NCBI GenBank assembly: GCA_963666835.2
Contig: CAXXGO010000001.1
Location: 768,001 to 832,000 of the forward strand
Reading direction: 5' to 3'
From: Phycisphaerae bacterium
Lineage (GTDB): Bacteria > Planctomycetota > Phycisphaerae > UBA1845
DNA length: 64,000 bases
The notes under the pieces were generated by a model. The model saw only the letters and a program-made list of their open reading frames with translations. It had not been told where the DNA came from and did not search any database. This document shows positions 33,083 through 42,290 of the stretch, piece by piece. Numbering within the stretch: position 1 is the stretch's first letter; every line of letters begins with the position of its first letter. Made by a program: the position numbers and the translations under genes.

Positions 33083-33377
33083 CAGAGTAAGGGTATGGCG
33101 GTCGAGTGCGGGCCATGCAATGACCGTGCGTTGCAGTTGAGTTGTCGAACACTTGCGGCTGGGGCGCGGCCGTCGAGGCGATGTTTACGTGCCGAAGTTG
33201 GATCGTGGAGCGCTTGTTGCGGTTATTGTGTAATTCGTGATACGCGATTGCCTATTGGCTGCGTTGCGGTTGGGTACTATCCGTGTTACCGTTTTCTGGA
33301 CTCAGGAATTCGGTTATGGATGTCCTGGTTGCTGCGAGCCTCTGTCCTTCGGCTGCCTTGCCGTTCGGTTGCTCTGC

Positions 33378-33469
33378 CTGCCCCGAAGGGGCAGAACAGC
33401 AAAGCCCAGGGTCGCGCAGCGCACCCTGGGGCGGTGTTTACACAAGTGCCACAAACCCCGAAGGGGTTT
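33378..33469 (+). repeat. Tripartite hairpin REP-like element directly upstream of tnpA, inverted relative to the flanking copies
   Basis: CTGCCCCGAAGGGGCAG - CAAAGCCCAGGGTCGCGCAGCGCACCCTGGG - AAACCCCGAAGGGGTTT; CAAAGCCCAGGGT is the reverse complement of ACCCTGGGCTTTG. Confidence 0.8.
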
Positions 33470-33483
33470 CACGGGGCTGAGTT

Positions 33484-33939
33484 ATGCCACAATCGTTAGT
33501 TCAGATCTACGTCCACATCGTATTCTCGACGAAGCATCGCAAGGCCTTTTTCGTGGACAACGAGTTCTGCCGCCGTACTCATCGATATTTTGCGGGCATC
33601 TGCCGGAACCTGGGTTGGCCGGCATTGGCCGTCGGCGGCACGGAGGATCATGTTCACATTCTTTGCAGACTCGGAAAGACCGGTGATGTCGCAGGTGTGA
33701 TCCGCGACCTGAAGCGCGATTCCTCGAAATGGGTCAAGGTCGAGAGACCGATCCTCGGGGACTTCCATTGGCAACAGGGTTACGGGGCATTCTCAATCAG
33801 CCCGTCACATGTCGCCGCGCTGATAGAGTATATTACGCACCAAGAAGAACATCATTCACGTGAGACGTTTCAAGAGGAGTTCCGGCGTTTATGCCAGAAG
33901 TACGGCCTGGAGATTGACGAACGGTACGTTTGGGATTGA
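33484..33939 (+). CDS. tnpA: IS200/IS605-like HUH (Y1) transposase, probably REP-associated (RAYT-like)
   Basis: HIVFSTKHR, DHVHIL (HUH), LKRDSS.W, WQQGYGAFSIS, YITHQEEHH; no tnpB. Confidence 0.88.
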   Translation: MPQSLVQIYVHIVFSTKHRKAFFVDNEFCRRTHRYFAGICRNLGWPALAVGGTEDHVHILCRLGKTGDVAGVIRDLKRDSSKWVKVERPILGDFHWQQGYGAFSISPSHVAALIEYITHQEEHHSRETFQEEFRRLCQKYGLEIDERYVWD

Positions 33940-34000
33940 CATTGCGCGGTCAATGGCTGAACGCACCGGATGAAACGAATTGCACATTCGGCGACGTGGA

Positions 34001-34215
34001 GGCATCGGCCGTGTGATCGGAATGTGCGGCCCGCGGAAATCTGTAGAGCCCTGTCAGGGTTCGATGAGCTTGATCGATCGGGCCCCCAGGGTGGCGCTTG
34101 GCGGCTACGCCGCGGCGCTTACCCTGGGCTTTGTCGTATAACGCCGGCGTTGGTTTCGCGGGTCGTCTAGCGAATGCAAGCGAAACACGTCAGCAAGGGG
34201 GCGTTGTATAAGGCC
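34001..34215 (+). repeat. ~220-bp structured repeat, copy 2
   Basis: Direct repeat of 32864-33082, starting about 60 bp after the tnpA stop. Confidence 0.85.
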
Positions 34216-34318
34216 TTCGGTGCCAGGGGCGCGGCGTGAGTCAACACGAGACCCAGGATAGCCGACCAGTCAAAAACGGGTCTGGTGGGCGCTTCCGTTC
34301 GTCGGCGCTCAAGGCCCG

Positions 34319-36541
34319 CTATTGTGCCTCCAGTCGTGCCTTCGTGGCGGCAAGGGCGGCCTCGAACTCCGGAAGCCGCATGAACTCCACATGCCCGTCG
34401 AGGAAGGCGACGTTTACGCCCTCGCCATCGTTCAGTTCGCGCCGTTCATACAACACGACGTTGCGATAGTCTCCAGCCTCGGTCTGGCCGGCAATGTACA
34501 CGTAGCAGTCTCGTCCGCGCTGGTGCTTCGGGGACTTCAACATATCTGCGGTGAACGCGCCTTCATCCACCAGGGTTTGGAGATTGGGCGGCCACTGCCC
34601 GTCGTGGTCGTTGGCGTATATCGTGCAGGAGGTGACAATACCCCTCATGTTTGACTGGCTAACCAGTCGCTTAGACAGTTCCCGAGCTCGGGCAAGTGAC
34701 GGGAGCAGGACGGAAACAAGCATGGCCGTAGTGCCGGCGCTGCCGTTAGATCCCAGCGCCGGAACCGGGAACGGAAGCGGTCCATAAGACGTATATAGCA
34801 TGCCCTGGCTGTCGCAACGCGCGTTGGACAAGTCGCTGAACAGGTGCTTGGTCAGCGCCGTGCGCGATGGAAGCGCGCCGACGTTTAGTGAACCGCCCTC
34901 ACCCTGCCAGATCGCCAAACCGGTTTGAGCCAGCGGCAGAACGACGGAGTAGCCTTCCTCGGCTCCGCTCTTGGAGTCCATGAACGAGAGGCTTGCGCCG
35001 AGCGGGCCGATGTGCTTTCGGCCGCGAACGAAGTCGGGATTGGCCAAGATCGAGTCCGTCTTCGGATTGGCGTCAAGAAGGCGATTGATTGTATTGCGGA
35101 CCACCTGGGGGTACAGGCCGACGATCATCCAGTCGTTATGTGCGGCCCAGGCCGGGGCAACCGGAACGGGCGCGCCCACTGCGTTTACGAACTCGATCCG
35201 GTGCGCGCGATGATCGAGGGCCGCTACGCTGACATCGAACTCCCCTTTGGTTTCCTCAGCGATTTCCTCTACAATTGTGCGGAGACTCTGTCCGAACTTG
35301 GTCGAGTCCGACGTCTTGAAAGCGACCGTAATCCCGGTGACGAGAAAGCCACCATCTTCGGGAGCATCGAAGACAATCACCGTATCACCGATCAGATCCA
35401 GGAAGTCTCTGCCGAGGTGGATGCCCAGGGCCTCGTGAATCTCCGCTTCGAGTTCCTCAATGTTGCCCTTCTCCTCAGGATTGAGCGATATCACAAAGGA
35501 ACGAAGGTCATCGTAGAGGCTTGTCGATGCCAGCCTGCTGGCGAAGGCCCAACGTACTTCCCGGGGGATCATTGAGAGCTCTTGATCCGTCAGGGGCGAG
35601 ACTCCGTGGAACCCAAGCCACCCGGCCGGCTTGCCCTCGGTGTGAATATACGCGCTCTTGCAGCACCCGCCGTTTCGGTGGTGCATCTCCCAGCAGACGG
35701 ATCGGATAGCCCCGAAGCCGCTTCTGTCCAAAAAGGAATGGTATGCTTCGGCGGCGGCCGGATCGCCTCCGGTGAACATCGGTAGCATCATCTCGACCAG
35801 TTCGCGAATCTTCGTAGCGTTCACGTATACGCTGAGAGCCCGGGTCTCGTCGGTTCCGCCGATCTTCTTGCGGCTTAAGGTCAGCGATTCACTTTGAGCC
35901 AGCGATTGTCCTTCACCCGCAAGCTGTTGGGCAACCGTTGCCATGGTCTCCCGCCCCACGGCCAGGACGAAGTGTCCTTCGACCAGCGCGTAGTACGCTC
36001 CACCGGGGATCGGTAGCATGAGCTGATACATGGTCCCGTCCCCCATCGGCTGCTCCATGGCCGGGGGGAGCCCAACGCCCTGTAACAGGGTGCCGAGATC
36101 CTCGATCAGCGCCGCGCCGGCCTCTTTGACATGGGAGATGATCGCAAGACTGGGTAAGGGACCCATCGGTGACATTTCCAGGTCGAGGACTACCAGTGCC
36201 GTCGGCCGCCTATGGAAGGTGGACAGAATCCGTTTGATCGGGTCATAAAGCGGGGCAGTATTTGGGTCCAGAGCCTGCTTCTTAACCGTTTGGTCGATCG
36301 AATCCAGGAGCAGATCGACGAAACGCTTCACTTGCGGCTCGGCCAGGGTCTTACCAATGGCCGTATCCTCGGCCGCGACCTTGGTCTGATCGTGCCCGGA
36401 CCAACCGGCATAGATCAGGATGTCCGAAGGCGTTTTCTGCGCGAGATCCGGCGCCGTTCCCATAGCGGCCGAAGGTGAGAGAATGAGCGCTGCACAGAAT
36501 ACCCGAAGAAGTTGGTTTGCGACGCGATGGTTCCGCAACAT
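34319..36541 (-). CDS. Secreted protein with C-terminal DUF1559-like / H-X9-DG domain
   Basis: Signal peptide; LLPSLARARELSKRLVSQSNMRGI...YAND...VNVAFLDGHVE. Confidence 0.8.
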   Translation of the reverse strand: MLRNHRVANQLLRVFCAALILSPSAAMGTAPDLAQKTPSDILIYAGWSGHDQTKVAAEDTAIGKTLAEPQVKRFVDLLLDSIDQTVKKQALDPNTAPLYDPIKRILSTFHRRPTALVVLDLEMSPMGPLPSLAIISHVKEAGAALIEDLGTLLQGVGLPPAMEQPMGDGTMYQLMLPIPGGAYYALVEGHFVLAVGRETMATVAQQLAGEGQSLAQSESLTLSRKKIGGTDETRALSVYVNATKIRELVEMMLPMFTGGDPAAAEAYHSFLDRSGFGAIRSVCWEMHHRNGGCCKSAYIHTEGKPAGWLGFHGVSPLTDQELSMIPREVRWAFASRLASTSLYDDLRSFVISLNPEEKGNIEELEAEIHEALGIHLGRDFLDLIGDTVIVFDAPEDGGFLVTGITVAFKTSDSTKFGQSLRTIVEEIAEETKGEFDVSVAALDHRAHRIEFVNAVGAPVPVAPAWAAHNDWMIVGLYPQVVRNTINRLLDANPKTDSILANPDFVRGRKHIGPLGASLSFMDSKSGAEEGYSVVLPLAQTGLAIWQGEGGSLNVGALPSRTALTKHLFSDLSNARCDSQGMLYTSYGPLPFPVPALGSNGSAGTTAMLVSVLLPSLARARELSKRLVSQSNMRGIVTSCTIYANDHDGQWPPNLQTLVDEGAFTADMLKSPKHQRGRDCYVYIAGQTEAGDYRNVVLYERRELNDGEGVNVAFLDGHVEFMRLPEFEAALAATKARLEAQ

Positions 36542-36843
36542 AGACTATCCTCCGTTGATTTGAAACGGCCCAAAGGACAACAAGATGACGAACGCGAATA
36601 ATAAGTGCTTCTGCGTTCGCGTACAAGTGCCGGGTCTACCAGATTAACCGACCATCGATGGGGGCTCGCGAACCAAATGTCGACGTGTAAGAACTGTGCG
36701 GCTGGCAATAGAGGGTGACCGGCAACTTGGCGCGACGGTTCGCGGCCGCGCCGCCGTGTTTCGAATAGCGGCGTTTAGCTGCGTAGCAGGTTGTTCGCTG
36801 ACAGTCGCGAGAATACCCCTAACGCCCCGGTGGCGGCTTGAGT

Positions 36844-38253
36844 CTATCGCGTTCCGCCGGTCATCTTGGCCGGGTCGAGGACGTCGGCGATCTGCTCTTC
36901 GGAGAGGATGCCCTTTTCGCGGACCAGTTCGACTATGCCGCGGCCGGTTTCGAGCGCCTCGGCCGCCAGTTGCGAGGCGGTTTCATAGCCGATGATCGGG
37001 TTCAGCGCGGTTACCACTCCGATACTGCGCTCGACGAACTGTCTGCAGACGTCTTCATTGGCCACGATACCATCGACGCAGTGTTCGCGCAGGGTCCGGG
37101 CGGAGTTCATGAACATCGTCTGGGCGTTGAGGATGCACTCTGCGATGACCGGTTCCATCACGTTGAGTTCGAGCTGACCGGCCGCGGCAGCCAGGGTTAC
37201 CGTCAGGTCATTGCCGATCACTCGATAGCACACTTGGTTGACCACCTCGGGTATGACCGGATTGACCTTCCCCGGCATGATCGACGAGCCCGGCTGCTTC
37301 GGCGGGAGGTTGAGTTCGTTCAATCCCGCCCGCGGGCCCGACGACAGGAGCCTGAGATCATTGCAGATCTTCGAGAGCTTGATGGCCAGGCTCTTGAGAA
37401 CCGACGAGTAGAGGACGAACGGTTGGGTGTCCTGCGTGGCTTCGACGAGGTTCTCTGCAAGGCGGAACTCCTTGCCGGCTATCTGAGCCAAGTGTCGGAC
37501 GCACTTCTCGGCGTAGCCGGCGGGCGCATTCAGGCCCGTGCCGATGGCCGTGCCGCCCATGTTGACCTCCAGAAAGTCGCCTTCAACTCGCTTGAGGGCG
37601 TCGAGCTCGTTGTCGAGGCTCTCGGCCCAGGCGTTGAACTCCTGCCCGAGGGTCATCGGCACGGCATCCTGCAGTTGCGTGCGGCCCATCTTGATGATAC
37701 CGGCGAACTCGGTCCCCTTCGCGCGAAAGGCCGCGATCAGCCGTTCCATCTCCCCGACAACTCGGCCGTTCATTACGACCATAGCCACGTGCAGGGCGGT
37801 GGGGTAGAAGTCGTTGGTTGATTGCGAGAGATTCACGTGATCGTGCGGGTCACAATGCTTGTACTCGCCCTTGGCATGTCCCATCAGCTCCAGCGCCCGG
37901 TTGGCAATGACCTCGTTTGCGTTCATGTTGGTCGAGGTCCCGGCTCCGCCTTGGATTAAATCGACCGGGAACTGGTCGTGGAGCTTGCCGTCCATCAGTT
38001 CATGAGCGGCGCCGTCAATGCCGTGGAGGATCTTCTGCGGGAGCCGCCCGCAATCGAAGTTCGCCCGGGCGGCCGCGAGCTTGACCATCGCCAGGGCGCG
38101 AATCAAATCCGGGTATTGCCCGATCGGAACGCCCGAGATCAGGAAGTTGTTCATTGCCCGGACGGTTTGAATGCCATAGTAAGCGTCGGTCGGAACTTCC
38201 CTCGAACCGAGCATATCGCGTTCTAACCTGGTACCGGCCACAGGCGTGGTCAT
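36844..38253 (-). CDS. aspA: Aspartate ammonia-lyase
   Basis: YYGIQTVRA.NNF.ISG, QGGAGTSTNMNANEV, SQSTND, KMGRTQLQDAVPM, GSSIMPGKVNPV. Confidence 0.92.
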   Translation of the reverse strand: MTTPVAGTRLERDMLGSREVPTDAYYGIQTVRAMNNFLISGVPIGQYPDLIRALAMVKLAAARANFDCGRLPQKILHGIDGAAHELMDGKLHDQFPVDLIQGGAGTSTNMNANEVIANRALELMGHAKGEYKHCDPHDHVNLSQSTNDFYPTALHVAMVVMNGRVVGEMERLIAAFRAKGTEFAGIIKMGRTQLQDAVPMTLGQEFNAWAESLDNELDALKRVEGDFLEVNMGGTAIGTGLNAPAGYAEKCVRHLAQIAGKEFRLAENLVEATQDTQPFVLYSSVLKSLAIKLSKICNDLRLLSSGPRAGLNELNLPPKQPGSSIMPGKVNPVIPEVVNQVCYRVIGNDLTVTLAAAAGQLELNVMEPVIAECILNAQTMFMNSARTLREHCVDGIVANEDVCRQFVERSIGVVTALNPIIGYETASQLAAEALETGRGIVELVREKGILSEEQIADVLDPAKMTGGTR

Positions 38254-38329
38254 CGTCGTTCTCCAACATCTGATGATGCGCGAGGCACCGCTCGCAAGAA
38301 AAGCAGTCCAATCAGTTCTTCGGCCGGGG

Positions 38330-39220
38330 TTATTGCGGGCATTCGCCTTCAAAGTCGACACTGATGCCGGCAAGGGCCGAGAAACACCTGTCTGTATAGG
38401 TTATGCCGTCGCAGCCACAGATGGCCGGGCCGGACGGGGCGCAGCCGCTCGGGCGCGGCTCGCACACTCCGACACCATCGCAGTCACCGTCGTCTTTCAT
38501 GCAATAGTCCTCGGCGGCGCACTCGGTGTTGGACTGGCATGTTGCCGCCTGGCACTCGCCCGCGTAGTCGACGCTCGCGCCCCCGCGGGCCGCGTAACAA
38601 CTGTTCTCGTACGTCACGCCGTCGCAGCCGCAGACGTACTCCACCGTGGGCAGGCAAGAGACCGGTGGTGTCCGGCATTCCCCAACTCCGTCACAGTCCC
38701 CGTCGGCCTTCGCACAGTAGCCGACGCCGAGGCAGTCTTCGAGGGTCTGACACGTGGGCGGCAGACAGGGACCGTCGTGTTCGACGGTCTCTCCGGCCTG
38801 GGCCGCGTAGCAGGCGTTCTCGAAGCTGACACCGTTGCAGCCGCAGACCGGAGCCCACTCGGGCATACAGGAGGTAGGTTTGGGGCGACATTGCCCGGGC
38901 TCCGGGCAGTATCCGATCGGCTTTACGCAATACTCCCCAACCGGGCACTCGCCGCTGTCAAAGCACTGTGGACAGAGCGGTAGAACGCCCGTGAAGTTGA
39001 GCTGCAGAGCGGCGAAGTCCGACAGGTCGACGTCGCAATCGCGGTCAAGATCCCCGAGGGGACGGCCCTGGTCGTCCACCAATATGCCCTCCGGCGTATC
39101 ACAGCAGACATCTAGGGCATCCTCGACACCGTCCCCGTCGGAATCCCCGGCCAGCGCTGCGCCGTTGGGACCGATCGCGGCCAACGCGAAGGCGGTCGAG
39201 CACAGAATCCTCACTAGCAT
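38330..39220 (-). CDS. Secreted Cys-rich protein with a dockerin-like EF-hand and three Kazal-type domains
   Basis: Signal peptide; GDLDRDCDVDLSDF; three C....(P)VCGC(D/N)G.(T/S)(Y/F)..xC units. Confidence 0.85.
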   Translation of the reverse strand: MLVRILCSTAFALAAIGPNGAALAGDSDGDGVEDALDVCCDTPEGILVDDQGRPLGDLDRDCDVDLSDFAALQLNFTGVLPLCPQCFDSGECPVGEYCVKPIGYCPEPGQCRPKPTSCMPEWAPVCGCNGVSFENACYAAQAGETVEHDGPCLPPTCQTLEDCLGVGYCAKADGDCDGVGECRTPPVSCLPTVEYVCGCDGVTYENSCYAARGGASVDYAGECQAATCQSNTECAAEDYCMKDDGDCDGVGVCEPRPSGCAPSGPAICGCDGITYTDRCFSALAGISVDFEGECPQ

Positions 39221-39489
39221 TACCAGCTCCCTTTTTGTTCGAACGGCCGAGGTTTGCAGCAACAACCCGACGCCGAAAGTCCTCTTTCCCGGTGCGAATG
39301 CCCCGTCCCACGGCGGCATCCGTCTGCCACTATGCTAGCAGACGCACCGGTTTGCTCCAAGGGCGAAACCGGCGGGTGGCCCATCGCTTTAGCGGTGGGA
39401 AAATGGCGTCATCCGGTGCGTAGCGCGCCGTTGCGGCAGGCCGGGTGGCCCACGTCTTCAGAGGTGGGGGACTCCCCTGGTCGACAGGG

Positions 39490-39671
39490 CGGGTGTGCCA
39501 CTGCTCTTGAGCAGTGCAGAATCGTGGGGTTCACATGACACGAATTTGGCATTCATCGTATCCCGACGTGCCCTACATTCTGATCGGAGGCATCTCTTAC
39601 AACGCAATCCGCCGCAATGGTGCACGTTGCGCAAAGATGATGGCAGGTCTCGTACCTCGACCGTGCCCTAC
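39490..39671. repeat. Two palindromic REP-like elements (families C and D)
   Basis: CGGGTGTGCCACTGCTCTTGAGCAGTGCAGAATCG (39490-39524) and GGCAGGTCTCGTACCTCGACCGTGCCCTAC (39642-39671); both recur at 44326-44422. Confidence 0.8.
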
Positions 39672-39706
39672 GCGCGCGTACGCTGCCCAACTCATGCCGC
39701 CAGGGG

Positions 39707-41377
39707 TCAGCCGGGTGACTCTAGAGTGGGGGCGAGGTTGACGCGGACGGTGCGGTTGGAGCGGGGGATGGGAATGTCGAAGTGGTCGACGGTCCGCACG
39801 ATGGGGGTAGTGGGTTCGTGGACGTCGATGGTCGTGTCCCGCCAGGTTGGATCACGTTCTGCACGCAGAAGGTGGGAGGCGGTGCGGCGGTATTCCCCGC
39901 CTTGGGCGAGGTACTCTTGCACCAGGGCCTCTTGTGGAATCCAGTGTTTGTTTTCGCGTTCGGTGAATACGGACTCGAATGCGAACGGACGCAGAATCTC
40001 GCCGATCTCGTTTGCCGTATCGGCGAAAGCTTCAAAATCGACCGTTGGAACCGTATTGCACACGTAGAACAGTTTGCTGCCGCGGATTACGACGGACCTG
40101 CGCCAGGGAATATGCTGGCGGACGGCGAAAACGAAGTGCGTGTCGCGCAGGCCGCTGAACAGGACGACCTTATCTTGGATCTTCTCCCGGTGAGCGACCA
40201 CGACCGCTCCGTAGTCGGGATGATGCTCGATCGGCTGACACAGCGCTGCCGCTCCGAGAGCCGCCACGGCTGGTGCGGCTACGACTCCGCGTATGCGGGG
40301 TCCGGGCAACAGCGCCAATGCGCGCCCGGCGGCAACCCCGGCACACATGGCCGGCGGGAACAAGCCCACAAAGAAGAAACGGGTCCACTTCAGATCGGCC
40401 GCCGATACCATCACATAGCACACGAAGAACCAACTGACCATCAGCACCCATTGGATCTGACGCTTTCTCGGCCAGACGATTACTCCGGCAATTGCCGCCA
40501 CGACCAACGGCCATCCCAGTTCCCCGGGGAGCTGGCGCAGGTAGAACGTCAGCGCCTCGAACTCCCATAGGCCGGGATAGCTCGCGCGTCCGCGCATCAT
40601 CCGCTCACCCGCCCCCTCGAACGACACGGCCACCAGAGCGATTGCGGCCACGGCAATGACCATACTGCATGCGCAATGGCTTCGCGGAGTCAACCGTCGC
40701 CACGATGTAAACAGGAGTGTCGCAGCAATAGCACTGTGTAGGAAGACGCCCGTTTGCCTGAACAGGATCGCCGTCGTCGCGACGACCAACAGCAGGATGT
40801 AGCGGCGTCCGGACGGGTGTTGCAGGTACCACGAGAAAGTGAAGGCCGCCCAGCACAATACTGCCAGGGTCGGGACTTCGAGCATGGCCTGGCGACCCCA
40901 GAGGGTAACGGAAGGCATGGTCATTAGCGCCGCCGCGGCGAATGCGCTGGTGGTCCGGTCGGATACCGTGCGCATGAACGCGTAGGCGCCTACTGCCGCC
41001 GCAAGCCCGAAGCAGACCACACAAAGACGGGCCGTGAAAGCGGAGATCCCGAACACCGCGAAAAAGGCCGCTTCGACAACGGCAAAACCGGGAGGATAGT
41101 GCCGGCCGATTCCCAGGCAGGGGTAGTGCCCGTATTGGCGTTCCGCAAATTCCACCGGGTGACGCCACGCGTTGGGCCCGGCCGCTAGCCAGTCGTGGAT
41201 GAGCACTCCGTCCATCGCGTGTACGGAGGTGTCACCCCAACGCAGCCCGCCGACCGAGATGTCCTTGCCCAGAACGATCGTCGTCAGAACCAGCAGCATT
41301 CCGACGAGGATCAGATCGCGCGGAGTCCACGCCGGGCTGAACAGTGGTGAGTCTGCCTTACGCTCTTGAGGCGGCAC
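39707..41377 (-). CDS. ArnT/PMT-like (GT-C) glycosyltransferase
   Basis: WGDTSVHAMDG, HYPPGF..VEA..F..FGIS..TARL, MLEVPTL; many TM helices. Confidence 0.8.
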   Translation of the reverse strand: MPPQERKADSPLFSPAWTPRDLILVGMLLVLTTIVLGKDISVGGLRWGDTSVHAMDGVLIHDWLAAGPNAWRHPVEFAERQYGHYPCLGIGRHYPPGFAVVEAAFFAVFGISAFTARLCVVCFGLAAAVGAYAFMRTVSDRTTSAFAAAALMTMPSVTLWGRQAMLEVPTLAVLCWAAFTFSWYLQHPSGRRYILLLVVATTAILFRQTGVFLHSAIAATLLFTSWRRLTPRSHCACSMVIAVAAIALVAVSFEGAGERMMRGRASYPGLWEFEALTFYLRQLPGELGWPLVVAAIAGVIVWPRKRQIQWVLMVSWFFVCYVMVSAADLKWTRFFFVGLFPPAMCAGVAAGRALALLPGPRIRGVVAAPAVAALGAAALCQPIEHHPDYGAVVVAHREKIQDKVVLFSGLRDTHFVFAVRQHIPWRRSVVIRGSKLFYVCNTVPTVDFEAFADTANEIGEILRPFAFESVFTERENKHWIPQEALVQEYLAQGGEYRRTASHLLRAERDPTWRDTTIDVHEPTTPIVRTVDHFDIPIPRSNRTVRVNLAPTLESPG

Positions 41378-41577
41378 GTTGGATGCTCCGAATCTGCCGG
41401 ACCGGCGCGGGGACCATCCATCGATCCCGTGCGGCCGGTCGTCAGGAGTTTATCGGACATCCGGCCTGGCAGAGTGAGCTGGCACGGGGGATTGTGGACG
41501 GTTCGGCACAGGCGCGATACGGTGTCGCTCGAACTGGCCTGCGGCTTGCGGCCCCGGGTCGTAGGAGGTTTGATCCG

Positions 41578-42048
41578 GTGTTTCTGCGTCTTCTACTACT
41601 GCTTACGGTGGTGCCCCTCGTTGAGCTCACCATCCTCCTGCGGATCGCCGAGCGATTCGACTGGGGGCCGACAATCGCTCTGGTTCTGGTTACGGGGGCG
41701 TTGGGGGCGTGGCTGGCTCGCCGTGAGGGGCTCAAGACATTGGGGCGCATCCAGAACGAAATGGCCCAGGGCATTCCACCCACCGGGGCCATGGTGGACG
41801 GGCTGTTGATTCTGGTGGCGGGTGTCGTACTGGTGACCCCGGGGATCCTTACCGACATGTTCGGGTTCGTACTTCTGATCCCCCCATGCCGGGCCTGGAT
41901 TCGCAGGCGCCTGTCCGCGGCATTTAAGCGGCACGTAGTTGTCATGCACCGTGGTGCGGCACAGACATCCTCAGGTCCGGAGCCCTTCGTCGATGTAACG
42001 GCGACCAGCCGCGAAGCGGACCACTCCGACCGAGAAGCACTTCCATAG
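41578..42048 (+). CDS. fxsA: FxsA family membrane protein
   Basis: VPLVELTIL, TGALGAWLARREG, AGVVLVTPGILTDMFG; AGGAGG RBS 9 nt before GTG 41578. Confidence 0.88.
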   Translation: MFLRLLLLLTVVPLVELTILLRIAERFDWGPTIALVLVTGALGAWLARREGLKTLGRIQNEMAQGIPPTGAMVDGLLILVAGVVLVTPGILTDMFGFVLLIPPCRAWIRRRLSAAFKRHVVVMHRGAAQTSSGPEPFVDVTATSREADHSDREALP

Positions 42049-42290
42049 ACGCTCGGATCAACCGCCGGGTATCCCATTATGTTGGACGGACCGACGTCCG
42101 GAATCCCGGAGCGTTACAGAGCCCTGACGGCTCGATGCCGTTCAGGAACCAGGTGGCCGATCTTACCGGTCTATCTCTCGGTGACGGCGCCGTGTCGATG
42201 AGCTGCTACCGTGCCGCCGAAACATATTCGATATTGAACGTAAGCGAGCATGATGTCGGGAAGATAGCGATTCATGGTCAGGGGTCTGCG

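Noticed and set aside
33484..33939. IS605-type element with TnpB/omega RNA
   Set aside because: No tnpB ORF nearby; the flanks are dispersed REP-like hairpins.
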